NCBI GenBank assembly: GCA_965649825.1
Contig: OZ287698.1
Coordinates: 1,317,949-1,381,948 of the forward strand
DNA: 64,000 nt
Source of the DNA: Penicillus capitatus
Taxonomy: Eukaryota > Plantae > Chlorophyta
Reading direction: 5' to 3'
Positions within the stretch are counted from its first letter, which is position 1; each line of letters begins with the position of its first letter. The position numbers and the translations under genes were made by a program. Under the pieces are notes generated by a model, which saw only the letters and a list, made by a program, of their open reading frames with translations, had not been told where the DNA came from and did not search any database. This document shows, piece by piece, positions 1 through 11,027 of the stretch.

Positions 1-1516
1 ATCTCGAAGAAGTCCGGCAGGACGTACTACTATCATCGAAAGACTCGAGAATCGAAGTGGGAATTGACACAAGAAGAAAGAGCGAAGCTATTGCCGACAT
101 TGGATCCGTACAACAATTCCCTCATCATTCCTCTGAAGGCATTTGTGGAGTTTCCTATGGCGGAGGAGCTTGTGAACAATGCCATGACTTATCAAGTCAG
201 CACCTCTTATGATGATACAAGGGAAGAGGGTGGTGGATAAGGTGTTGGGTCTGTCGAATGCTTCTTACTGGCAAGAGGCGGCCGAGATCCGAAGCTGTTC
301 GGTGCATTACCAACGGGTACAGGAGAAGCTGCTCGAAATGGCCAAGGCACAGATGGACAGAATGTTGCACATCTCACTGACACACAGACTCGATGAATCA
401 CTGCAATCCATTGCCGTGCGCAGCGCCGACGCCACGCGACATGTAGCAGGCCGTGCGTTTCTAGGGGACACTGAGATTGAATCTATCGGGACCGGCATGG
501 AGCGGACATCCCGTTGAATTGCCTATAGAGGACACAGATGTAAGACGAGTGTCCTGTTTGTCATGACAGGAGCACGTGTCTGTATGCTTCAGGAGACGGA
601 ACTGGATTTGGAGAACTGTCGGCAGAATCTGACGCATCTAACAGATATGGAGCTACTCAAACTCCTTTTCAAAGTTTGCCTCGATCTGACAACGTGAACG
701 CCATGACTCAACGCCTGTCCTTGTGGACGACAGTATCGAACACATTTGGACGAGAGTCGCGATGTTGCCAGAAGTCGTCGAAGAGTAACCGCCGCCGCCC
801 ATTCCCTCCATCATTCTTTCGAATGCTGTTCTCCGTGACAGAGTCGATTAACAAAGCGTGAGTTTCTGCCGAGGTGGGACACCGCAGTGGCCAATCTTGA
901 ATACGTCCGAGAGATTCAAGTGAAACAAGACAGACGACGGAGAGCGATCGAAATCTCACCTGCATCATTTCTGTCTTATAGGCAGAAGTCCTGCGAAGAA
1001 GAAAAGAGAAGGGCGAGAGTTTCACGACCTATCCCGAAAAGCGCAAAGAATCGGACAAGAAACAAAGTCCCCTCTGCGCATCGCACCTCTCGCTGCTGTC
1101 ATGATCCGTGCTCCCATAGAGTTGCCTCTTTGGGCAGGCTACGTGCGTTGCGTGAATTCGACCATGAAGAAGATGAAGTTTGGCAAGATACGTACGATGG
1201 CGCATCTTGCTCTTCCGGACGAACGCCGTCCATACTTTACGAAGAAAGCACGTGCCAACATTCCTCAGTCAACCATCGATCTGATTCGAACGAAGAACTG
1301 GATGGATGTCGAGCTCTATGCCTACGCTCTACAACTCTACGAGACGCATCTGAAGTTTCAGACGGAGAACGATCTGTTGCCCGAGATCCCTGAGATCGAT
1401 CTAAACGTCACGAAAGAGCCGCCTCCCAGTAAGTCGGATCGGGGCGGCGATCATGCCGTAGCGTTGTGTGGTGTGCAGAGGCACCCCCTAAGCCCATTGT
1501 GCATGAGGAATTGTGA
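1..1516 (+). CDS. Plant TPST-like sulfotransferase, 5'-truncated by the window edge, multi-exon, with a WW-like segment and predicted C-terminal HEEL
   Basis: AKAQMDRMLHISLTHRLDES and IDLIRTKNWMDVELYAYALQLY resemble plant tyrosylprotein sulfotransferase segments. Frame +1 from base 1 reads SKKSGRTYYYHRKTRESKWE (WW-like). A last intron at 1429-1478 (GTAAGT...TGCAG) gives ...PKPIVHEEL* ending at 1516. Middle exons are only partly resolved. Confidence 0.7.
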
Positions 1517-1614
1517 TGGACGGGTTGATGTTGAGATGACGTGTTCATGACGTCCGCCTGATGGCGCAGTTTCACGTATGACGCGCGACGCTGTGCGAAA
1601 CGTTATCGAATACG

Positions 1615-4194
1615 ATGCTGCGCATCTTTTGCCGACGATCGAACATCGACGATCACTTTTCCACCCTTAAGACGTAAGCTTCGCTCTGGAGGGTTGTATG
1701 ACGTTGACAGATACCGAGTTGTGCTTGACAGGTGGGGATGGATTATGGTGAGACGCTGTTCAACTCTTCCGCCGAAGGGGCGCATCAAAAAGCTCCTCGT
1801 TGCCAATCGGGGAGAAATTGCCTGTCGTGTCATGACCACTGCCAAACGACTGGGTCAATCAGTCGCCGTGGACAGGCCTGGATGTGGACACGGTGCTGTG
1901 TGCTAGGCATTCCATGTGTCGCCGTGTACAGCACAGTCGATCGCTATTCGAGACATGTTCGGATGGCAGACGAGACGGCGTGCATCGGTCCTGCATCGGC
2001 AGCGGAGAGCTACCTCAATGCCTCAGCGATTTTGGAAGTGGCTCGGCGTTATGGAGCGACAGCTATTCATCCAGGATACGGATTTCTCTCGGAGGATCAA
2101 CATTTTGCCGAGCGCTGTCGGAAAGAGGGTGTCGTTTTCGTGGGTCCATCTGCCGATGTGATCCGGACGATGGGCGACAAGAGCGCCGCCAAACAGATCA
2201 TGCGCAGAGCCGGCGTTCCTGTCGTGCCTGGATACGACGGCGATGATCAAACACTCGACCATCTCATGCATCAGGGATGCGCTCACGTTGGGTTCCCTCT
2301 CTTGGTGAAAGCCACCGTCGGAGGAGGCGGAAAAGGAATGAAACTCGTCCACCATAAAGATGAGCTCAAGGTGGCCGTCGATATCTTCCAAGATAAGGAC
2401 ACGACGGAGCACGACCTTAGGATGCCATTTCTTCTGCACAGCGCGAGGCACTGGCGTCCTTCGGTGACAGCCGAGTGCTGTTGGAGCGTTTTATCCGGAG
2501 ACCGAGACATGTCGAAGTTCAGGTGATTGGGGATGTGCACGGAAATGTGCGGCATCTGTTCGAGAGAGATTGCAGTGTGCAGAGAAGACACCAGAAGATT
2601 CTGGAAGAGTCTCCAGCGCCCAACATCTCAGACGCTTTCCGAAAAGACATCTGTGCATCGGCCGTTGCTGCAGCGCAGACGGTTGGATACACCAATGCTG
2701 GCACCGTTGAGTTCATTCTGGATACCGAATCGGATGCCTATTTCTTTATGGAAATGAACACCCGTCTGCAAGTATGGCTGGTTCTGTTTGGCTTCTGGTT
2801 TAACGTCATGAGTGACGGTTAGGTTGAGCATCCAGTGACAGAAGGTATTTGTGGACTGGATCTTGTGGAACTGCAGTTTCTGGTGGCGGCTGGTGACGCG
2901 TTGCCGTTCCGACAGGAGGACATTGAACAAAGAGGGCACTGTATCGAGGCCCGTCTCTATGCCGAACTCCCACATCAGAACTTCTTACCGGGTGCCCATA
3001 TAACGATCCCTTCCGACAGAAAACCATTTCTACGGTGACTGGCACAGGAGCGGGCAAAGTCGAACGGTGGAGGCTCCCCGCAGAGGCATCGGAGTTCTGT
3101 CTGCCATCAGGAGAAAGCCGCTCTCGAGTGGATAGTGGTGTGACTCAAGGAGACGAAATTGGCGTCTTCTATGATCCCATGATCGCAAAGATCATCTGCA
3201 AAGGCGCAACACGAGACGAGGCGCTTCAGGAGTTGCACAAATCTTTCACTGCCCTTCAGGTGATCCACAATTCAGCCTAGGTCGTTCATCGATCTTCATC
3301 CAGGTCTGCGGCCTCCCAACGAATCTTACGTTTCTGGAACGGGTTATCGGGCATCGCCGTTTTAGAAATGCCGAGCTGAGCACAGCCTTTATCGAAAACC
3401 ATGAACAGGATCTCTTTGCTCCTGAGACCATCTCGCCAGAGATCGTGGCAGTGTCGGCGGCCATCTTGTCGGAGATGCTGCAGCAGAGATATCGACCTCC
3501 CGAACAGACATTTATGATTCCTTGGAACGCAGGTCGTCCCAGACGCCTCAACCACAACTTTGAGCAAAGCCTGCATTTTTCCACACCTGAGGGTGCCTCC
3601 TACAACGTCTCTCTGGAAACCACAGAGACAGGAGATGTTCGTGTCACCTCTGACGGCCAGACCATCAACATTTCGCAGCTCTCTGTCCAAGGAGATACGT
3701 TTTCGGCAGAGGTCGGGTGAAATTGGTGCTCTCTGCAGAGGACCGACCATGAGTTTTGCTTTGGCGTAGGTGAATGGCGTCGTGTGCAATGGATACTGCT
3801 GCATGTTTACAAGAGCTCGATATATCAGCATCTCAGTGTGGTCATCAAAAGCGCGTTGTCTGTTGCATATCGCTCTCCCAGAGTATTCTTTCAATTCCGT
3901 TTCTGCCCGGGGCTCTGGGAATATTGTTGCCCCTATGCATGGAAGAGTTGTCAAAGTATAGTAAATATATATATAGATATATACAGCATTCCGGCATTCC
4001 ACTCATTGTTACTTATTCAGATAGCGGCTTCGGAAAAAGATCGAGTGCGGCAGGGAGATGTCTTGATTATTCTCGAGGCCATGAAAATGGAGCATGCAAT
4101 CAAATCACCCACCGACGGTATCGTTGCCGGCATTTCTGTGAATACAGGATCCAGAGTTCACGATGGACAAATTCTCATGACGATTGAGCAATGA
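1615..4194 (+). CDS. MCCA: 3-methylcrotonyl-CoA carboxylase alpha (biotin-containing) subunit, multi-exon
   Basis: Biotin carboxylase motifs [42 protein letters not shown] and [10 protein letters not shown], plus biotinyl domain [10 protein letters not shown] 1615 joins in frame through intron 1674-1710. Assignment to MCC rather than PCC is by overall resemblance. Confidence 0.85.
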
Positions 4195-4785
4195 CAAAGA
4201 CAGCCCTTGATGTTGGTGGTGGTGGTGGCATCTTGATGGTGTGCCTTATTGAAAGAACAAGTATGTCGTGGTTTTACAAATGAGTTTTGCTTCGCTAGAA
4301 CTTGTCCATTCGGAACTACATTGCAATCGATCCAAACATCGGGTGATTGTGAAAACATGAAACGAAATCGACCAATCCAGAATGACGAGTGCCAACACAA
4401 AAACAGGGCCCCAACTGTTTCTGCATTATCCAGCGACTGGTCACATTCTTTACGCATCCTATTGGCACCAGGCCTATATATAGAACAACATTTTTGAACA
4501 GCTGTGTATGTATGGGCTAAAACATATCAGTGAATGCAAAACGAAAGGCGCATGTCGTACAGTCTCCAAGACGAGCGTACAGGGGTATTTGTTTCCATAA
4601 CCAGGCGCTTCAATATCGCCAGAATTATTGAGAGCATATCCTATCTACTATTTGTATGTATGTATATATGTGTATATCTCAGTCATAAAAGAACGCGGTG
4701 TGGAAATGGTGGGTATGAATGGTATTGAATAGCATCAATGCCAAATATGTTGTTGTTGTTGTTGTTGCCGGTTCTTTGCCAACAT

Positions 4786-5671
4786 TCAATCGTTTCTATG
4801 GTGATGATGGTCGTCGGGATATTGCCTAGATGAACTTGCCACGTCTCGCGGCACATCCGTTCCCTCCCTGGCGATACTTTCCTGAAGCTCCTCTATCAAC
4901 TGGTCACGTTCACGTATCTGGGATCTGAGCTCCTGAACGAGGCGATTCATGTCTTGCGTCCAATCAAATACATAGCGCAGCTGTTTATTATTATCGCTGA
5001 TGATACTGTAGAAATTGTTCGTGATCTCTGTCGTCCGTCGTTCCATATGTTGCATATCCTGTGTTAATCTACAACAGACAATGAAGGCGACCCACGTTCA
5101 GTCAAGGAGCACTATCCATATCATAATGTCGCACTCTCTGTGTTTGCGTCTCAGTGTTTTGCACTCTGCCAAAAGCGCTTGAAAATTGGAAGAATTGCAA
5201 GAGAGTCTTTCTAGATTCAGCTCTGGCTCTTCGCTGGGTGATGCACAAACAGCACTTCGTCGTGGTATCAATGGGTCCAGACACTGCACAACACAGAGAT
5301 ATGCATCGGTGATTTTTTGGCAAAGAAATTCCAGAAATGATTCGGTCATGTGATAAGAGAAATTTTACCAGATTTTCGCCAGCGGCACTTCGCGATTCTG
5401 TTCGATGATTAGCCTGTCGCGATGCAGGTGAAGATGAGACAAAGCACCGCGCAAGACGGTTTCGTAGACGATGGGAAAGGCAATTCCCACTCTCTTCGCT
5501 TCCGCTGTTGCGGCGTTCAGGTTTAGGTCTCGATGCTTTGCTCTTTGGCTCCACCATGCTTAATCCGCGTCGACGAATCCAAGAACAGGAGCAGAATTTT
5601 CCGGATTTATTGGACGCCGTTGTTCGTTGACGACGGTTTTGCGCCGAAAATAGGGATGCGCAGAGGGACAT
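4786..5671 (-). CDS. Hypothetical coiled-coil protein, probably 3 exons
   Basis: Plausible GT-AG introns join ...AAGENL / CLDPLIP...KTLRRKHRE / LTQDMQHMERR...NRLVQELRSQIRERDQLIEELQE. The start is ATG 5671 or 5557. No family recognised. Confidence 0.5.
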
Positions 5672-5731
5672 GTCCGAACCACGTCCACAGATTTACATCA
5701 TGATGCGCTTACATTTATCACCATTGACGCT

Positions 5732-7180
5732 TTACAGGCGCGTCAATTCTGGTAACCGTAGCTCTGTCATCTTTGTTAGACTCGTATGCAATCGCTTGCG
5801 AAGTGGAGGCGATCGGCCATTGGAATTATGAAAAGCCAGGCGATGTGTCAGTGGCCATCGAGGACGCAAGTCAATCCACAACTCCTCGTCACTCCCTTCT
5901 CCCACATCGACAGGGGCATCGTCATACAATCCTGCTCCATACCTATCACGCATCGCAATTTGCTTCCTAGATCAGTGCGAGATTCGATCGAGACCTTTCG
6001 ATTCCTGTCCACGCGACCATGACGCCATTGTCTGTACAGAGACGTGGCGGTGGACAGATCAATGCCATTCCGAATTCTGCCGCCGTTTGTTTGAGTCTCT
6101 CACGTACGACGCTGTTAGCTGCGACCCCGCCAGAGACGACGAATCCTTTGTGGAGTCCATCAATGTGCTGAGTGGCCCAGGCAATACCCCGACGGCATTT
6201 GTCTTGGAGATGGCAAACGGCAACGTGCTGAAACGAAGCTGCCAGATCTGCCTGCGTTTGAGAGGACAGGGTCACCACATTCAGTGAAGACTTTTCGTTT
6301 TCGATAGTGAGGCGCACGGACGTCTTCAGTCCAGAATAGGAAAAATCGCACGTTGCGTGCTGCTGCATGGGCACCTTGAACGGATACCGTAGAGGATCGC
6401 CTCTTTCAGCTTCTTTCTCCAGTGCTGCCCCTCCCGACGGTAACAATTCCAAATCTAACATCCTGGCCACTTTGTCATAAGCTTCCCCTAGGCGACACTG
6501 TTTCTCGGCTGCTGTGGACACGCAGGAAAGCAGCATACCGACCCAAAGAGTCATCCAGTGTGGTGCCGATCTGTGTGTAATTCCCGATTCCGTGTACGAC
6601 GAGCAGAAGATTGTGGCCTCCAGAAACCAGAAGACACAGGAAAGGAAACGTCACATCATCGGTCAGCCGAGACACCAATGCATGCGCTTCCATATGATGA
6701 ATCGGAATCAACGGGATCCTTCTCTCTGCGGAAAGTCGCATCGCCGCCTCGACGCCGACCTACCCATCCGTGAACACTCCTTTGCAAGGAACGCCATGAT
6801 CGGTGACGCACTCTGAGGCATAGACTAAGACCGGGACCGACGGTTACTGCCACGGCGTCAAGGAAGGACGTTTGGGATAGGGCCTCGCGGATCAGACCCT
6901 CCATGGCAGCTTGATGGGCTTCCTGGGCCAAACGGGGAACTACACCACCCCAGTGTGCGTGGATCTCTGCCTGCGTCGCGAGCTTTTCGGCAATAACGAC
7001 GCCACCATTCTCCACGACGGCCACTCCGGTATCGTCACAGCTGCTCTCGATACCCAACACTCGATAGCACTCTCTCGGTGCGACATGCGTCCTCGGAATA
7101 CAACGTCGACGTGGCCAAGACTCGCGCCGTACACCGAGACGCAAGCATCCTTCCAGGGAGCCCTTCAAACGCACGTACAT
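5732..7180 (-). CDS. GCP1: Organellar tRNA N6-threonylcarbamoyltransferase (TsaD/Qri7/OSGEPL1 family), multi-exon
   Basis: VLGIESSCDDTG, GPGL, HHMEAHAL, LLVSGGHN, TTLDDSLGE, FSYSGLKT, VVSGGVAAN, CTDNGVMVAW and C-terminal LRPRWPL. Confidence 0.92.
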
Positions 7181-7200
7181 GAATGATACCGACGGCGGAT

Positions 7201-8243
7201 CTATTTCTTAAAGATCAGCGCATCAAAGTCGATCAACGCGGGGAGGAGAATGCGCTGAGGGGGAAAAAGATAGATCGCGGTAAGTGTCTTCAAATCCACT
7301 TCCAGATGCAGAGCTCTGGGAATGCGCAGGGGCCTCTTGATGTTCTTGTCCAAAGGACTGCGATCCTGTTTCATCCAAAACTCAGCGATGGTGGGTCGCA
7401 GTCGTGGATCCACTCGAATGATATCGCCCGGCTCACAGAGATCGGATCCCGATGTGGGATGCTGACCATTGACGGTTACGTGTTTGTGCCTCGCACACTG
7501 TCGCGCTTGGTAGACGGAAGGAAAGAGACCAGCTCGAACAAGGATGACATCGAGACGACGCTCCAGTGTCATCAGCAAATGTCGATTCCAGTTCGTCTCG
7601 CGATCTTTGCCGACTTTGCGTGGTGGTAAGGGACCATAAAGCATCAGGAGCTTGCGTCTTGTGTCGTTGAGTCGTTCGATCTGCGCGACGGGACGCGAAC
7701 CGCGTCTCTGTAGATAGCGTGCAATGCTCTGTGTGATGCCATGACATCCCTTCGACGAAACCTCCCTGCCATCACAAGGTCTCTCACATTCTTGCAGTGT
7801 GCGCGTTCGGAATCGTGTTCTGCTTACTCGGCAGAAGGAAAGAGCTGTAGGGTTGTGGACATCGAACTGCTGTATTTCTGATGAATGGATTGTCCGAATT
7901 CCATCTGCAGGGCGTCATCAGAACTGTTCTGAAGGACCTGCGTGAAACGGCCGCCGGGCATCACTGGGAAGTTCTTGAGAAATTTGTCAAACTGCCGCGG
8001 AGTCAGACGCTTGTAAGGAAAGAGGTTTGTCTGGAAGCCCAGATTTCGTGAGACACGACATCGACGCAGCAACGTATTTCGAACGACCATTTGTGACGCC
8101 GAACCTTCCGATCGTCCGTCGTCTAACACCAACACGACGCCAGACGACGTGGCAGATGGGACGGCGCGTCGGATTTGACAAGACTGTGACGGGATACCGC
8201 GCAGTACGCGTCTTCCTAAAGCCCAGCGATCATGCAGATGCAT
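7201..8243 (-). CDS. rps4: Nuclear-encoded mitochondrial-type ribosomal protein S4
   Basis: S4 domain LERRLDVILVRAGLFPSVYQARQCARHKHVTVNG, RKLLMLYG, and C-terminal HLEVDLKTLTAIYLFPP. An intron GTAAGC...GGCAG near 7775-7830 joins an N-terminal exon RCRVSRNLGFQTNLFPYKRLTPRQ. The start is ATG 8243 (Arg-rich presequence-like) or 8090. Confidence 0.8.
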
Positions 8244-8503
8244 CTCATTCTCATTCTGAGTATATGCGTTGCAGATTACGAAAACCGTTATGAAGCGACA
8301 TGTCGCTATGCGTCTGTCAACGCGCAACCGCTGATCGCCTGCACACGTGGTGAAGCGACCCGATTCACGTGAAGGCAAACGTCACGATCGTTATCTGCTT
8401 AGGAAGAACAGAGCTTCGTCGTGGTTCCAATACTTAATCAAGCACCACAATTCACTTCTCCGATCATAATATCACCGTGTCTGAGGCAAAGCGCACGTCT
8501 ACG

Positions 8504-9011
8504 ATGCGATTCTTCTTCGCCCTCTTACTGCTTGCCACTTGCGTGCCGTCGTCTGTCTGTGCGTCCGGTGAATCCGTGGTCTACGCATGCTGCGACCTTG
8601 GCGACTTCGAAACAGCTGGTGGCCACATCGTCTTCTCTCAGAAAAAGAACGGCGGTCCGACGTTTATTGCTGGTTGTCCTAGACAGACATAGGCGTCAGT
8701 GTCTCGAAAACGTCTTGTTTTCAGGTTTCATTACAAATGTCACGACGGGGTTACACGGTTGGCACATTCACGAATTCGGTATCACTCCAGGAGATAATCC
8801 ATGCGGCAGTGCTGGAGGCCACTTCAATCCTCTGGGTAAGTTTCCGGGCAAATACAACTAGACACAGATTTGGATATTTGGATCCAGATATGACGCATGG
8901 AGCTCCGGATGCCGAAGTGCGTCACATTGGTGACTTGGGTAACTTTGAAGCGAACGAATTCGGCGTCGGTTTCGTCGCAACGGCCGATACGCAGATAACT
9001 TTGGTGGGGCC
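8504..9011 (+). pseudogene. SOD: Secreted Cu/Zn superoxide dismutase, 5' part, interrupted by the LTR element
   Basis: Signal peptide [20 protein letters not shown]; introns 8673-8724 and 8836-8888; motifs [23 protein letters not shown] and RHIGDLGN. The frame runs into the LTR after ...ITLVGP. Confidence 0.93.
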
Positions 9012-9622
9012 TGTGAAGAACTCCCCCCGGCACCCTCTTCCTGCACCTCCCTCTCGACGTCCTCGGCTTGGACGACACGTATCTCTCCCTCGCCTTGGCC
9101 GGGAGGTGGAGGTGGAGCATTGTTGCCGGAGTCGTTCCCGTGTTGGCTCATCTCACAAGCGCAGCGGAAGTCTTGGAATTGGATGAGGATGGGCGAAAGC
9201 TCGGAGGCCACACAAACAGCTTTTGCAGCAAAGAGCGACTTGTTACAACTTTGGGAATAGACAGCGAATGTTTTTGACAGATTGTATGCGGTTCAGAACA
9301 CAAGTGTAAACTTTTGATGTTTTAAACGAAAGGTGGTTTATGTGTCCGACCCTCGTTTAAATACCCAGTCCCCGATGTGACAGTAGGAAAAGTATAAGAA
9401 GTTCAAGAGTGAGTTCATGGTGAGGTTCCGAATGAGACGTAGGAAGTTCATTACGAAACTCTAGAAGTTTCCTGAGAAGCTCAGCGTGAACTTCGCAGGG
9501 ACTCACTCCTTGTCATCGCGACTCAGCAGCGACGGTTACGTTGCGTAGCCAAGAGTGAAAGCAAGACATCACTACTGTCACCGTCACATCACCGTTTCCT
9601 GCACTTCGCGCCTTTCTTCACA
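9012..9622 (-). repeat. 3' LTR (611 bp)
   Basis: No differences from 16928-17538 found by eye; 9-bp terminal inverted repeats TGTGAAGAA...TTCTTCACA. Confidence 0.97.
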
Positions 9623-9748
9623 TGGGCGCACCCGTATGTCCGTATGCGCAAACTCCGAAATTGCGGAGCAAAAGAAAACTCAACCCGTACACAAACCTAA
9701 GCTATTGGTGATTCACTTGCAGGAAGCCCCTACTGGGCCGCGCGTTTG

Positions 9749-10753
9749 TCACACACGCGGGTCTGGAATGCCGATTCTGGTAGTCTCTGCCTGGTGCAGT
9801 ACACCGTTGACTCTGTCGATGGAGAGACGGAACGGGCCCATCACTTCTCTTCCCAATCTCGTCTCCACTCTCTCATTTACCACCATAAGGTGGAGAATGT
9901 GCGTCTCAAATCCCAGCTTCACTCTTGCGGACGTGTATCCGATCACCTCGCTGACTTCTCCATCGGGTCGTACCACACGTACCTCGATGCCAAAGCCTGG
10001 GGGAGGTGGTCCGTGCATGAGGTGAACACGGAGGCCGAGAAGTTCGGCCGTTCTGCGTCCGACGACGTGTCCCGAGAGCTCAGGATCCACAAGGAATCGG
10101 TGCGGGAGGGGAAGTTCCCCGAGTTCCCCTGCCGTGATGCACCTTGTGCCGGGACGACGGCGCGAGGCGAAGGGCGATGGCGGCGGTGGTGGAACGTCCC
10201 GAGGTGAGGACGGCCGAGGTGCCCTCGGCCTCACAGGTGGAGGTGGGGGCGGGTTCCCCATTCCTTGGCGGGAGGTGCCTTCCCCTTGTCTTCCTCGTGC
10301 CCTCCTTTGCTGTCCTCGCCTTGCTGTCCTGCTTCTCGGACCGGTTGCTCCCACCGGCGCCTCCAGAGCCGTCGACGTGCCACCGGCCTCCTCCTCGCAG
10401 CGCCTCTCGATTTCGGTGATGAGGTCGGCCAAGGTTAGGGGGCGGCAGAGCTCCCTGATTTCCGCCGTCCGGGCTTCTCTCAGGCTCCGTTCCGCCGCGG
10501 GCGTGAGGCTCTCCGAGGAGGAGGCCGGTGCCACGCGACGGAGGCTGGTCAGCCGGGCCAGGTTTCCTTCTGAGGTTGAACTGCTTCGTTCCCTCTTCAT
10601 GGCAAACCTAACCAACGCTTCGAAGAGGTAGAACGACAAGAACACCGAGAAGCCGATGCAAAATTCCTGTGCCACCGCGGTCCACGAATCAGCGACTATT
10701 CCCAGAATGACGGCAAGAATGAGTGCGAAGAAACTGAACACAACGAAAGACAT
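9749..10753 (-). CDS. Retroelement ORF3 (334 aa): two N-terminal TM helices, Arg/Pro-rich linker, degenerate retropepsin-like domain
   Basis: Hydrophobic N-terminus. The C-terminal FLVDPELSGHVV...RLSIDRVNGVL aligns by eye with the ORF1 protease MLVDSGSSVCVM...WSLDFAGNRLV. Confidence 0.8.
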   Translation of the reverse strand: MSFVVFSFFALILAVILGIVADSWTAVAQEFCIGFSVFLSFYLFEALVRFAMKRERSSSTSEGNLARLTSLRRVAPASSSESLTPAAERSLREARTAEIRELCRPLTLADLITEIERRCEEEAGGTSTALEAPVGATGPRSRTARRGQQRRARGRQGEGTSRQGMGNPPPPPPVRPRAPRPSSPRDVPPPPPSPFASRRRPGTRCITAGELGELPLPHRFLVDPELSGHVVGRRTAELLGLRVHLMHGPPPPGFGIEVRVVRPDGEVSEVIGYTSARVKLGFETHILHLMVVNERVETRLGREVMGPFRLSIDRVNGVLHQAETTRIGIPDPRV

Positions 10754-10791
10754 ATGCGAGCGAATGGTGAAATCCCGGTGCGGGCGGTCCC

Positions 10792-10797
10792 TTTATA
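10792..10797 (-). promoter_or_regulatory. TATA box of a putative internal promoter for ORF3
   Basis: Minus-strand TATAAA starts 44 nt before the ORF3 ATG, in the 274-nt pol-ORF3 spacer, with an initiator-like TCACCATTC about 25-30 nt downstream. Confidence 0.6.
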
Positions 10798-11027
10798 CCC
10801 CCGTAACCTCCGAGGACACGTGCCCAGCGCGCGCCCTGGCTGGCGGTTATCCTATGGTTCGCCCAAAGTTCATGACATCCGTCGGGAGCTTCGCTCCGCT
10901 GGAGGAAGCTATCTTCCAACCGTTGGGAGTTTCCTCACGCATTTGGTCATCCGTCGCAAACCGTTATGAACTTTTGGAAGACAAAGGTGTATCCGTCAGT
11001 AACCCGTCGGATTATCTAATGAGTGCG

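Noticed and set aside
3960-4780. (AT)n, (GGT)n and (GTT)n microsatellites and short ORFs after MCCA
   Set aside because: Short simple repeats in an intron and intergenic DNA, with no coding signal.
9243-9309. TGTAA motifs in the LTR as green-algal poly(A) signals
   Set aside because: They occur on both strands, and TGTAA was not evident after several host genes checked, so usage is unsupported.
9749-10753. ORF3 as a classical env gene
   Set aside because: It has no large ectodomain, furin site or fusion peptide, and its C-terminus resembles the element's own protease.
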